Of a stretch of DNA of 64,000 nt, positions 38,284 through 47,303 are shown in pieces. Numbering within the stretch: the stretch's first letter is position 1; every line of letters starts with the position of its first letter. Both the position numbers and the translations under genes were made by a program. Origin of the DNA: Candidatus Multivoradales bacterium. GTDB taxonomy: Bacteria; Acidobacteriota; Thermoanaerobaculia; Multivoradales; Multivoraceae. The notes beneath the pieces were generated by a model. It had not been told where the DNA came from and did not search any database. It worked only from the letters and a program-made list of their open reading frames with translations. The stretch covers positions 608,001 through 672,000 of the forward strand of contig CBDCWI010000002.1 in the NCBI GenBank assembly GCA_965223325.1, in the 5' to 3' direction.

Positions 38284-40560
38284 CTAGCGGCCGCCGAAGA
38301 CGTCGATCAGGTGGCTGTACTTGATGATCAGGGAGCGGTCAGGGCGTAGGAACTGCCGCCCACGGCCGAACTCGTCGATCTCGTTGTAGACCACGAACAG
38401 GCCGGTATTCGCGCCCTGCAACCAGCTGAAGCGCAGATTCGTCGAGATGGCATCGGTAACGTCGTTGTACTGCACCAGGGTCTGCACCAACATACGCGGT
38501 GTGATCGCAAACGAGACCCGGGCCCGACCGAGGTTGATCTCGAAGTCGCCGAGCGGCAGGTTGACGTTGTCGTGACGCCAGGTGAGCTGAGACGTCAGCT
38601 GTTCTCCCCAACGTAGTGCCACCGTGTTGCTCATCGACACCCGATCACCGCCGAAGAAGCCGCCTATCGTGATGCGGTTGGAGTAACTGTAGGGGGCGCC
38701 CTGGTTGGTGAAGAAGACGATCTGGGCCTCGTCGTGGCTGTACTCGCCGGCTGGTACGAAGACATCGGGCGCGATTTCGAACGTTTCGCGCACCCCCTCG
38801 TAGGTGAAGTTGATCCCAGTGTGAATCTCCATACCACTGCGCCACTCCCAGTGGTTGTCGACGTGAATGAACTCGGACTCCTGCTCGTCGTCGAGGTAGT
38901 CCCAATAGCCGGTGTACGACACGTGCGGCCGGAGCTCCTGCAGGCCCCAGCGATCTTTGGGCCTGATGGTGCGCATGACGAAACCTGAACCCTTGTGAAA
39001 GGCCGAGCGCGACAGGAAGCCGACTTCCGGGTTGAAGGCGTCACCGGTCTCGGTGTAGTCGAGAAAGCCGCGCCACTTCGGCGAGGCATGGGAGTAGTTG
39101 AGCTGGAAGGCGTGGTCATCGCCGTCGAGCCCCGGGGTGTCGGTCTGGGCAACGAAGCCGCGCAACGTGTGGTACTCGCCAATGCCGGCCTGGAAGTCGA
39201 GGCCATAGGTGCGGTTCGAGTCGCCGGCGGGCGAAAAGGAACCCGACCCGTCGCGCGATATCGCGATGACGCCGATGTTCGAACGGTTCGGCAGGTCACG
39301 GCTGACTCGCGCGACACCGAACGCGTTGGCCTGTACGGCTGCGTTGTCGCCCTTGGCACGCAGCGAATCGGTGCGCATGCCGAGAACACCGACCGACGTC
39401 CGGCCGACGCGACCCGAGAGACGCAGGCCGCCTGCGATCGGAATCTGTTGACCGGCCGGTCCCAGTCCGATCCGGCGGCTGAAGAAGAGATCGACCTCGC
39501 CGGAGCTACCGACGGCGAACAAACCGGCGTTCTCGAGAAAGAAGGGGCGCTTCTCGGGAAAGAACAGATTGAAGCGATCGAGATTGACCTGCTGTTCGTC
39601 GACCTCGACCTGGGCGAAGTCGGTATTGATGGTGGCGTCGAGCGTCAGGCTTGGGGTAATGCCCCACTTGGCGTCGATGCCAACCTCGGCATCGTCACTT
39701 TCACCTCGAGCCTCCGCAGGATCCTGGCGCACCGTACCGAGTGCATAGGGGATCAACTGAAGATTGCGCTGCGGAGGTACCTCGAGACCACTGATAGTGC
39801 CCGCCTCGGTCAAGCGATCGATACTCATCTGTCGATCGAGCGGCGCCCAGAACGCTGTCTCGTTGCGCCGCCGGATGTTGCGCTGGAAGTTGATCCCCCA
39901 GCTCTGCACTCGACCGGGCGGGTAGCGCAGAGTGGAGAACGGAATGGCCATCTCCGCCGACCACCCGTCGGCGCTCTGCTGGGCGGCCACCAACCAGTCG
40001 CCGTCCCAGTTCAAATTGAAGCCGCCGCCGGCGCCACCGCGGAAACGCCCGCCGCCACCGAGGGATCCGAACGCTCCCGAGCCGCCGCGCACGACCTGGC
40101 CGTCGTACTCGATGCCTGCTGGGTTGGTGCCGAAGAGAAAGCCGTTCTGCCCGTCCTCGAAGGTGTCGAAGATGACCTGAAAACTGTCGCCGTCATTGAG
40201 CGAGGCATCGCGCCGTGCATCGGAAACGATGATCGCATCAGGCTCGCGGTCATACGCCATGAGACCGATATAGAGCGTGTCCTCGGTGAAGGCGATGCGC
40301 ACCTCGGTCTTCTCCGACGCGGCCTGACCTGCGAATGGACTGGTCTGGAAGAAGCCGGTCGCCGGCGGCACATCTGCCCACACCGGATCGCCCAGGACAT
40401 CGCCGTCGACCGTCGGTGGTCCGTCCACGGCCATCGCGGTCATCGACGGGCGCGGGCTCGAGGCGTCTTCGGCCATCGCCGGAGGCGCCAGCACCACCAT
40501 CGCAACGGCCACCGCGGCGAAGCAACAGAGGAAAGGTCGACCAAGGGGGAAGCGCAACAT
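38284..40560 (-). CDS. CBM9-like + DUF5916 outer-membrane protein
   Basis: Signal peptide, WSAEMAIPFSTLRY, WGINFQR, TINTDFAQVEVD, NLFFPEKRPFFLE, FFSRRIG, beta-barrel-like C-terminus. Confidence 0.9.
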   Translation of the reverse strand: MLRFPLGRPFLCCFAAVAVAMVVLAPPAMAEDASSPRPSMTAMAVDGPPTVDGDVLGDPVWADVPPATGFFQTSPFAGQAASEKTEVRIAFTEDTLYIGLMAYDREPDAIIVSDARRDASLNDGDSFQVIFDTFEDGQNGFLFGTNPAGIEYDGQVVRGGSGAFGSLGGGGRFRGGAGGGFNLNWDGDWLVAAQQSADGWSAEMAIPFSTLRYPPGRVQSWGINFQRNIRRRNETAFWAPLDRQMSIDRLTEAGTISGLEVPPQRNLQLIPYALGTVRQDPAEARGESDDAEVGIDAKWGITPSLTLDATINTDFAQVEVDEQQVNLDRFNLFFPEKRPFFLENAGLFAVGSSGEVDLFFSRRIGLGPAGQQIPIAGGLRLSGRVGRTSVGVLGMRTDSLRAKGDNAAVQANAFGVARVSRDLPNRSNIGVIAISRDGSGSFSPAGDSNRTYGLDFQAGIGEYHTLRGFVAQTDTPGLDGDDHAFQLNYSHASPKWRGFLDYTETGDAFNPEVGFLSRSAFHKGSGFVMRTIRPKDRWGLQELRPHVSYTGYWDYLDDEQESEFIHVDNHWEWRSGMEIHTGINFTYEGVRETFEIAPDVFVPAGEYSHDEAQIVFFTNQGAPYSYSNRITIGGFFGGDRVSMSNTVALRWGEQLTSQLTWRHDNVNLPLGDFEINLGRARVSFAITPRMLVQTLVQYNDVTDAISTNLRFSWLQGANTGLFVVYNEIDEFGRGRQFLRPDRSLIIKYSHLIDVFGGR

Positions 40561-40754
40561 GAAGAAAACCTCGTGGGTACTTATTCGGGCCCGCTGGCGC
40601 AGCCGGTGCTGACAACGCTCACGGCGCTTTCCACGAGAATGCGGCCGAGGACCAGTGCGAGGGACTATCCCAGGCTACTGGCCGTCCGGTCAATAGCTCG
40701 CTTCTTCTTCTAGCTCTTCCAGGCGGCTCCGGGTCTTACGCCGCGGGGCATAGG

Positions 40755-41351
40755 ATGCCCGCCATGGAGCAGTTCAGAAAAGCCAAACGGGTCGCCGACA
40801 TCGATTGGGCGACCTGGCGGGCGGTCGAGCGCGCCACCCTCGTTTTCGTCACCCGAAAGGTCCGTCGAAAGCGCGAGGTCCTCTTGATTCGCAAGAAGCG
40901 CGGCCTCGGCGCCGGCAAGATCAACGGCCCTGGCGGCAAGCTCGATCCCGGCGAGAGCGCCCGCCAATGCGCAGCCCGCGAGACCCAGGAAGAACTGCGA
41001 ATCGAAGTCTCTGACCTAGAACTGATGGCCGAACACCGTTTCCAGTTCCAGAACGGCCACTCGATCCACGTGCTCGTCTACACCACCGAACGCTTCTCTG
41101 GCACCCCGACGGAGACCGATGAAGCCGTCCCGCTGTGGACCGATACCAGAGAGGTCCCGTGGTCAGAAATGTGGGCCGACGACGAACTCTGGCTGCCCTA
41201 TCTGTTCGAAGGCCGCACGGTGCGGGCGGAGTGGATCTTCGACGGCGAAGCAATGTGTGACGGTGTCATCGAGGTCGCGGTTGCACTCGACGAGGATGCG
41301 CTTGCTGACGGCTACTGCGACAGCCATGCGGAGAATGCCAACCAGCCTTGA
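40755..41351 (+). CDS. Nudix hydrolase, 8-oxo-dGTP diphosphatase (MTH1-like)
   Basis: KKRGLGAGKINGPGGK, Nudix box GESARQCAARETQEE, MWADDELWLP. Confidence 0.88.
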   Translation: MPAMEQFRKAKRVADIDWATWRAVERATLVFVTRKVRRKREVLLIRKKRGLGAGKINGPGGKLDPGESARQCAARETQEELRIEVSDLELMAEHRFQFQNGHSIHVLVYTTERFSGTPTETDEAVPLWTDTREVPWSEMWADDELWLPYLFEGRTVRAEWIFDGEAMCDGVIEVAVALDEDALADGYCDSHAENANQP

Positions 41352-41382
41352 GGCTGGTTGGCACCTTTCGATCCGCGATCGG

Positions 41383-42159
41383 CTAGGGAGCCTGGATGTT
41401 GCTGAGCTCGGGCACGAAGGCCATGATCGAACGACGCGAGGCGATGGCACTTGTCGCATCCATCATGCGAGCCGCCTCTGCCGCGCCGTACTCCTCCGCT
41501 AGAACTGCGGGCACACCGGGAAAGTCGTCGATGGCCGCGAACGAGTCGATACCCGTAAAGAAGCCGTACTCCGCACCCTGCCCACCGATGGTCGTCTGCA
41601 GGCACAGGACCGGGTCGACGTCGTCGTTCTTGCGGGCCGCCTTGACCCAGGCTCCGGCGCCCTTGGCAAAAGTCTCCATCTGATCCGGCGCGGGCCTGAA
41701 GCCTGTGAAGTACAGGTAGGCCGGAGGTGCCATCGAGGGCGTTTCCGAGGGCTTCGACCATTGTTGACACTCGGTCACTACCCGCGTCTCGCTGGCCGAA
41801 TTCGCCGCCAGGGCGGCGCCGACTTTGGCAGCCTTCGCGGCTCCCAAGGACTCCGTCAGCACCTCTTGCGGCTGTGCCCAGCCATCCATGTCGCCCATCT
41901 TCTGGATCGGCACGAAGAAGACGAAGCTGGTTCCCTCGCCGGTGACATTGGTGTAGGTCGCCCAGCTGTTGCCGTTGTCATGCTTCTTGTGGGCCTCAAC
42001 CACGGAGGCCAGGGCCTCGGTGTAGGCCGCTTCGCCACCGGGGTGGATATCGGCCGAAATGACGTAGAACATGGAACCGGGCGCCTCGTCTTGAGCGAGG
42101 CCAGGCATGGCGATCAGGGCCATACTGAGTCCAAGCAGGAATGTCAGGACGTACTTCAT
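41383..42159 (-). CDS. Exported hypothetical protein with two NIPSNAP-like alpha/beta repeats
   Basis: RBS GGAGG before ATG 42159, signal peptide, internally repeated pattern, ends FVPELS. Confidence 0.7.
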   Translation of the reverse strand: MKYVLTFLLGLSMALIAMPGLAQDEAPGSMFYVISADIHPGGEAAYTEALASVVEAHKKHDNGNSWATYTNVTGEGTSFVFFVPIQKMGDMDGWAQPQEVLTESLGAAKAAKVGAALAANSASETRVVTECQQWSKPSETPSMAPPAYLYFTGFRPAPDQMETFAKGAGAWVKAARKNDDVDPVLCLQTTIGGQGAEYGFFTGIDSFAAIDDFPGVPAVLAEEYGAAEAARMMDATSAIASRRSIMAFVPELSNIQAP

Positions 42160-42389
42160 TGAGAAACCTCCCTGAGTTTGTGGAACGGTACGGATCAATT
42201 GCACGTTGAGTGCACGAGCGTCAGCCGGCCAGAGTCCGAACCCGCTGGGCACTTCCGGAGGAACCGCCAGCGGAGTAAGGAGGAGAGCGTTCTTGGTTGT
42301 CGTGGCTTGCAGACAGGGTAGAGCGCCAGCAAGAAATCGTCAAGTGCGGATCGTCTGGAAGGGGTGCCCATGAAAGCGCCCGCTATCCC

Positions 42390-42890
42390 CTACTCCTCTT
42401 CGTCAGCCAAGACGCGCAGCAGGTCGGAGGCGGTGATGATGCCGACCGGTGCGTTGTCATCGGTCACCAGAACCCGGCGAATGTGGGCGCTCTGCATCAT
42501 GCGGGCGACTTCGGACAGTGACGCGGTCACCGGGACGGAGTAGATGGCGCGGTTCATGATGTCGTTGACGTCTCGCGACACGTCCTCGAGGTGAAAGCCG
42601 CCCTGAGCGGGACCATCGAGGGACTCGTTCCACTCGCGTACCCAGTAGTCCGGCAGGGCGTAGTTCCAGCCCGGGGCGGCGCGCTCGACGGCGACCCCGG
42701 CGAGATCGTAGAGCGACACAACGCCGACGAGATCGCCAGCCTCATCCTCAACGAGGGCGCCGCTGATCTCGTGCTCGATCAGAAACTCGGCAAGGGCAGA
42801 GACCGGCATGTCCGAGGGCACGATACGCAGGTCTGTGGTCATCAAGTCGGCGATCTTCGTTCTGCTTCGGGCGGCGGTCGAGGTCTTCAT
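42390..42890 (-). CDS. CBS-pair domain protein
   Basis: IADLMT..., ISGALV, LVGVVSLYDL, VNDIMNR, HIRRVLV, VGIITASDLL. Confidence 0.88.
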   Translation of the reverse strand: MKTSTAARSRTKIADLMTTDLRIVPSDMPVSALAEFLIEHEISGALVEDEAGDLVGVVSLYDLAGVAVERAAPGWNYALPDYWVREWNESLDGPAQGGFHLEDVSRDVNDIMNRAIYSVPVTASLSEVARMMQSAHIRRVLVTDDNAPVGIITASDLLRVLADEEE

Positions 42891-43031
42891 GCGTGGCCCC
42901 TCTGGTAGCGGTCGGTTTCGAGCTTCACGCAGCGAGTGTGTTGCGGTTCGCCGGCGGCGGGCACCCGGGTTTATGGCCAGTCGACCACGTGGAATCCGCA
43001 GCCGGGACACCGCCCTACCGCCGATGACCGA

Positions 43032-43844
43032 TCAAGAGCGCCTGTTCCAACGATTCATCCCCGCGCGCGCAACGAAGCCTGCGGTGATGAAGCCCGCAAG
43101 CATGAGCCAGTTCCAATTGTGACCGTAGGAGATGATCGGAAAGTGGTTGCTCACCATGATGAAAATGAGGGGCAAAGCCATGAAGGTGTTGTGGGTCGAG
43201 CGCTCTTTGGCGCGAAGGCCCAGGCTCAGGTCGGGTTCTTCACCCGCTTTTAGGCTTTCGACCATCGCCCGCTGCCCAGGAAGAATGCGCATCCAGACGT
43301 TGGCCGTCATGATCGTTCCCATGACCGCACCGACGTGGATGTAGGCGGCGCGGCCCGAGAAAACCCGACTCATCGCGTAGCCAAGGGCAAAGAGGGCAAG
43401 CGTCGAGACCACGCTTCCGAGCGCTTCTCGCTCTACGAAGACCGTGTTCCATAGGAAGTCGTAGACCAACCAGCTGAACGCCAGTACCGCCAGTGAGATC
43501 ATGATCGCAACGCCGAGGCTCGCTTCGGAGCTGAAGTCGAGAAGAGCGCCGCCGTAGTAGTAGACCAGCGCCAGCATCAGGATTCCACTCAGCCAGCTCG
43601 CCGCCGCCTCCCACTTGAACCAGTGCAGAACCCTGGGTAACGGGTCCGGAACTCCCAGCTTCTCGACCCGATAGAAGCCGCCGCTGTGCACCATCCACAC
43701 GCGCTCGATGCCCTGGTCGTCCTGCTCGATCCTCATCCGGGTATCGAGCCAGGCAAAGAAGGCAGTCTGCCCGATCCACAGCACGCCGGCCACGACATGA
43801 AACCAGCGGGTCGCAAGATGAATCCAGTTGTAGAGCGTATCCAT
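43032..43844 (-). CDS. puuD: Urate hydroxylase PuuD-like membrane protein (no cytochrome c domain)
   Basis: RWFHVVAGVLWIG, WMVHSGGFY, LHWFKWEA, GRAAYIHVGA, RSTHNTFM, MVSNHFP. Confidence 0.85.
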   Translation of the reverse strand: MDTLYNWIHLATRWFHVVAGVLWIGQTAFFAWLDTRMRIEQDDQGIERVWMVHSGGFYRVEKLGVPDPLPRVLHWFKWEAAASWLSGILMLALVYYYGGALLDFSSEASLGVAIMISLAVLAFSWLVYDFLWNTVFVEREALGSVVSTLALFALGYAMSRVFSGRAAYIHVGAVMGTIMTANVWMRILPGQRAMVESLKAGEEPDLSLGLRAKERSTHNTFMALPLIFIMVSNHFPIISYGHNWNWLMLAGFITAGFVARAGMNRWNRRS

Positions 43845-43854
43845 GCGCCTCCTG

Positions 43855-43886
43855 ACGAGGTAGCGAGGTAACGAGGTAACGAGCCT
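43855..43886. repeat. Tandem 8-bp direct repeats in the divergent puuD / cysteine-synthase intergenic region
   Basis: ACGAGGTA-GCGAGGTA-ACGAGGTA-ACGAGCCT. Confidence 0.7.
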
Positions 43887-43972
43887 ACCCGCTTCGATCG
43901 ACCGCTCGCCGAGCGCGACGAAACACGCTCAGCCCCGCCGCGCTAGGATCGCCGCTCCCAACTGGAGTCACC

Positions 43973-45319
43973 ATGGCCAATCACCACACCAGAGTCTACG
44001 AAGGCATCCTCGAGATGCTCTCCAGCGCGGAGAACCCCACCCCCATGGTCCGCTTGAACCGGACCGTTCCCTACCAGCAAACCACGGTGTACGCCAAGCT
44101 GGAGTGGTACAACCCGTTCGGGTCGGTCAAAGACCGCGTCGCCCACAACCTGCTTCGGGATGCCCGCGAGAAGGGGCTCCTGGCCGACGGGCAGCAGCTG
44201 GTCGAGCCAACGAGCGGCAACACCGGCATGGGACTCGCCATGATGGCCAACGCCGCCGGCTACCACCTGACGACCCCGCTGTCGAACAAGGTCCCGGCAG
44301 AAAAGCGGGTCATGTTGAAGGTATTCGGTTCCAACGTCGTGGAGCTGGACGACGATCTGTGACCCGCCCCCGGGTCCCCGGAGGGGGCCATCGCACGCGC
44401 CAGGGAGCTTGCCGAACAGCCCGCGTTCCACATGCCCAACCAGTACGAAAACGAGGCGAACATCGAGGCTCACGTTCGCACGACCGGGCCTGAGATCTGG
44501 CGGCAGACCGACGGCCAGGTCACCCATTTCGTCGCCGGAACAGGCACCTGCGGCACGATCACCGGCAACGGACGCTTCCTCAAGGGTCAGAACCCTGAGA
44601 TCCAGGTCATCGGTGTGCATCCGCAAGAGGGGCACGACATTCCGGGCGTCCGTTCTTTGCGTCAGCTCGAGCTCACCAAACTCTTCGTTCCCGAGGAGTA
44701 CGACCAGATCGTCGAGGTCAGCGACGCCGAGTCGTTCGAAATGTGCGTGCGTCTCAATCGTGAAGAAAGCCTGATCGCCGGTCCCAGCTCGGCGATGGCA
44801 CTCGTCGGGGCCCTCAAGGTCGTCGAGGACCAGCCAGACGCTGTCGTCGTGGTGATCTTCCCAGACAACTCGTTCAAATACGCCTCCACCTTCGAGCGAC
44901 ACTTTCCAGAACTTCGCGCTTCTCGTCCGGGCGGCGATCCCGCGGTCTCGAGCGACAAGGAGCTGCTCTTCGACAGGCTGGTTGAAAACTCCCGCAATGC
45001 CCACAACACCTTGGAAGTAGAGGACCTCGTCGCGGCGCTCGCAAGCGACCGACCACCCCTGCTGGTCGATGTGCGCTCACCTGAGGTCCACGCGCGCCAA
45101 CACATCACGGGGACCCTCAACCTTCCGGTCGCCGAGCTCGGCAATCGTCAGGGCGTGCTGCCAGAACGGCGCGACCACCCGATCGTCACCGTGTGTACCG
45201 TCGGCAACCTGTCGGTCTCGGGCATGCTCGTTCTGCAATCGCTCGGCTATCGGAACGTGCGCAGTCTGAACGGTGGCACCGTGGCGTGGGCAAAAGAGGG
45301 GCTGGCGACGAATCCATAG
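43973..45319 (+). CDS. PLP-dependent cysteine synthase-family enzyme fused to rhodanese, with in-frame UGA at codon 130 (probable selenocysteine)
   Basis: ORFs 43973-44362 and 44432-45319 are in one frame separated only by TGA 44360-44362 (ELDDDL*PAPGSPEGAIARA...). Motifs KLEWYNPFGSVKDR, EPTSGNTG, NQYEN, GTGTCGT, GPSS, IFPD, and rhodanese DVRS..HITG..CTVGNLS..LNGG. Confidence 0.85.
44373..44389 (+). promoter_or_regulatory. Candidate bacterial SECIS element
   Basis: 17-nt hairpin GGUCCCC-GGA-GGGGGCC starting at the 11th nt after the UGA, loop starting with G. Confidence 0.6.
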
Positions 45320-45360
45320 GATCGAGGGCGACACCGAGGCTTCCACTCACCACCTCTGGC

Positions 45361-45393
45361 TTGACTCTCTAAAACAATTTTGCTATTGTTTTA
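45361..45393 (+). promoter_or_regulatory. Sigma70-type promoter with overlapping palindromic operator
   Basis: TTGACT-17 nt-TATTGT with extended TG. Perfect inverted repeat TAAAACAAT-N6-ATTGTTTTA (45370-45393). Confidence 0.75.
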
Positions 45394-45432
45394 CTGGGTT
45401 GTGGGGTTATCCCATTCCAACAGGAGATTGCC

Positions 45433-46275
45433 ATGGCGAAACCGAGCTCCGACCTCGCAAGAATCGAGAAACTTCGCGCCGGACTGCTTCAGTTCCTGAT
45501 CGTCGTTGTCATGTGCCTCCTGGGCGGCATCATTGCGATCGCCTTCCGGGACGCGATTGGCACACAGATCCCCGGACTCGCCATCCTGGCTCTTGCAACG
45601 TGTCTCTATGTTCTGGGCCGCGAGCGCTACCTCAAGAGGGCCCAACAGGAACTTGTCGAGGGTGCCATGGCTGTCCAGGCACGGGCCTCGGCGCTCGAGA
45701 ACATCACGCGCCGAGAGCGCTCCGACAAGGCCGACCTCGGCGTTCGGCTGAGCGAATTGACCGCGCTCTACCGCGCGATCAGCACCGTGCGGGCGGTGAT
45801 GGACCACGAGCAGACCTTCGACACCACCCTGCGCTCCGTCCTCGACCTCGTCGAGGGCGATGTTGGCTCCGTCATGTTGGTCGACGACCAGCAGCAGACC
45901 CTGCGCATCGTCGCAGCGCACGGCCTGACCAACGTCCCAGTCGGCCACACCGAAAGTCTGGAGCAGGGAGTCGCCGGCTACGTCGTTCGAACCGAAGAGC
46001 CCCTCCTGCTCCAGGGAGACGCCAAAGACGACGAGCGCTTCGAGGTCTCGCATGAACGCAGTGAAGCGCTGGCGCTCTCGATGTGCGTACCGCTCGCGCT
46101 CCGCGGGCGGGTGCTTGGGGTTCTCAGCATCGGATTGTCGGTGAACAACGAGAAGCAGCACTTCAGCGACGACGATCTGCGCTTTGCCACCCTGTTCGCG
46201 CAGCACGCGGCGATCTCGGTCGAGAACGCCAGCCTGCTCGAGCGGCAGTCCATCTACGAGGTCCAGGCTATCTAG
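45433..46275 (+). CDS. Membrane protein with coiled coil and GAF domain, no output domain
   Basis: Two TM segments, coiled coil, GAF (GVAGYVVRTEEPLL, MCVPL, LGVLS, AAISVENA). RBS AGGAG. Confidence 0.85.
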   Translation: MAKPSSDLARIEKLRAGLLQFLIVVVMCLLGGIIAIAFRDAIGTQIPGLAILALATCLYVLGRERYLKRAQQELVEGAMAVQARASALENITRRERSDKADLGVRLSELTALYRAISTVRAVMDHEQTFDTTLRSVLDLVEGDVGSVMLVDDQQQTLRIVAAHGLTNVPVGHTESLEQGVAGYVVRTEEPLLLQGDAKDDERFEVSHERSEALALSMCVPLALRGRVLGVLSIGLSVNNEKQHFSDDDLRFATLFAQHAAISVENASLLERQSIYEVQAI

Positions 46276-46321
46276 CAGGCGGATAGTCTGTGCACCCCGG
46301 CTCCAGCCAGGACCTCACACG

Positions 46322-47257
46322 ATGACCGCACCTCCTCCAACCTCGTTACCCGAGCTGCATCTCCACCTCGACGGCTCGTTGCGCCGCACAACGCTCGAGG
46401 AGCTGGCGGAACCGCTGGGGGTCGAGGTGCCGGCGGTTCTCGAGTTCCGTGCGGGCATGGGACTGGAGGCGGCTCTCGAACTCTTCTCGGTGACGCTCGC
46501 GGTGTTGCAAACGCCCGATCGGGTCCAGCGCGTCGCGTCTGAAATCTGCGAAGACGCCCAGGCCTGTGGCGTTTCGACGCTCGAGGTGCGCTTCGCACCG
46601 CAGCTCCATCGTGGCGCAGCGGTCGAAGAGATCGTCGACGCGGCACTCTCTGGTCTCGAGCGCTTCGGCGAGCTGACCGGCGAAGAAGCGGGCTTGATTC
46701 TCTGCGGGCTCTACGGCGAGGATCCCAGCGTCTATGACAGGTTCCTCGAGGTGGCGGTGGGGCGTCCGGGCGTAGTGGCGATCGACCTGGCCGGTGGGCC
46801 GCAAATGGGACACAGCTTCTCGATGGAACACTACGCTCCCGCCTTCACTCGGGCGCGCGACCTCGGTCTCGGCCGCACAGTGCATGCCGGCGAGGGGCGG
46901 CCACCTGCCGAGATCGGTCAGGCGATCGAAACCCTGCACGCCCAACGCATCGGTCACGGCACCAGCGTCCTCCAAGACCCTCGGGTCACCGATCTGGTCC
47001 TCGAGCGCGGTGTGCGACTCGAGGCCTGCCCGACCTCCAACGTCCACACCAGCGCCATTGCCAACGTCGAAGAGCACCCGCTGCCCCGTTGGCTCGACCT
47101 CGGCATTCAGGCGTCGATCAACTCCGACAACACCTTGTTCTCGCAGGTCAACGCCGCCAGTGAACACCAGGTGGCACTAGGGATTCCCGGCATGAGCCAG
47201 GCCAAGCTCGAAACCGCCATTGCCGCCGGACACGCCAGCCGCTTCGAGCGCCGCTAG
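46322..47257 (+). CDS. add: Adenosine deaminase family protein
   Basis: ELHLHLDGS, EVRFAP, DLAG, HAGE, RIGHG, CPTSN, NSDN. Confidence 0.88.
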   Translation: MTAPPPTSLPELHLHLDGSLRRTTLEELAEPLGVEVPAVLEFRAGMGLEAALELFSVTLAVLQTPDRVQRVASEICEDAQACGVSTLEVRFAPQLHRGAAVEEIVDAALSGLERFGELTGEEAGLILCGLYGEDPSVYDRFLEVAVGRPGVVAIDLAGGPQMGHSFSMEHYAPAFTRARDLGLGRTVHAGEGRPPAEIGQAIETLHAQRIGHGTSVLQDPRVTDLVLERGVRLEACPTSNVHTSAIANVEEHPLPRWLDLGIQASINSDNTLFSQVNAASEHQVALGIPGMSQAKLETAIAAGHASRFERR

Positions 47258-47303
47258 CGGCAGATTTTTTGACGAATCAAAATCTCTGCTATCGTCTCCG
47301 GCC

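Noticed and set aside
38995-40713. 572-aa + strand ORF, and similar long shadow ORFs (6064-7275, 28328-29908, 32561-33922, 33941-35317, 56256-57350)
   Set aside because: They overlap well-supported genes antisense or out of frame, have no motifs, and are expected artefacts of high-GC codon bias.
43973-45319. Interpretation as two separate genes or as a pseudogene
   Set aside because: The break falls inside one PLP fold, both parts are in frame and otherwise intact, and a SECIS-like hairpin follows the UGA. A pseudogene remains possible but is less parsimonious.
47260-47295. AT-rich imperfect inverted repeat / promoter between add and the ICMT gene
   Set aside because: The symmetry is imperfect and the spacer is 15 nt, so I cannot tell terminator from operator.
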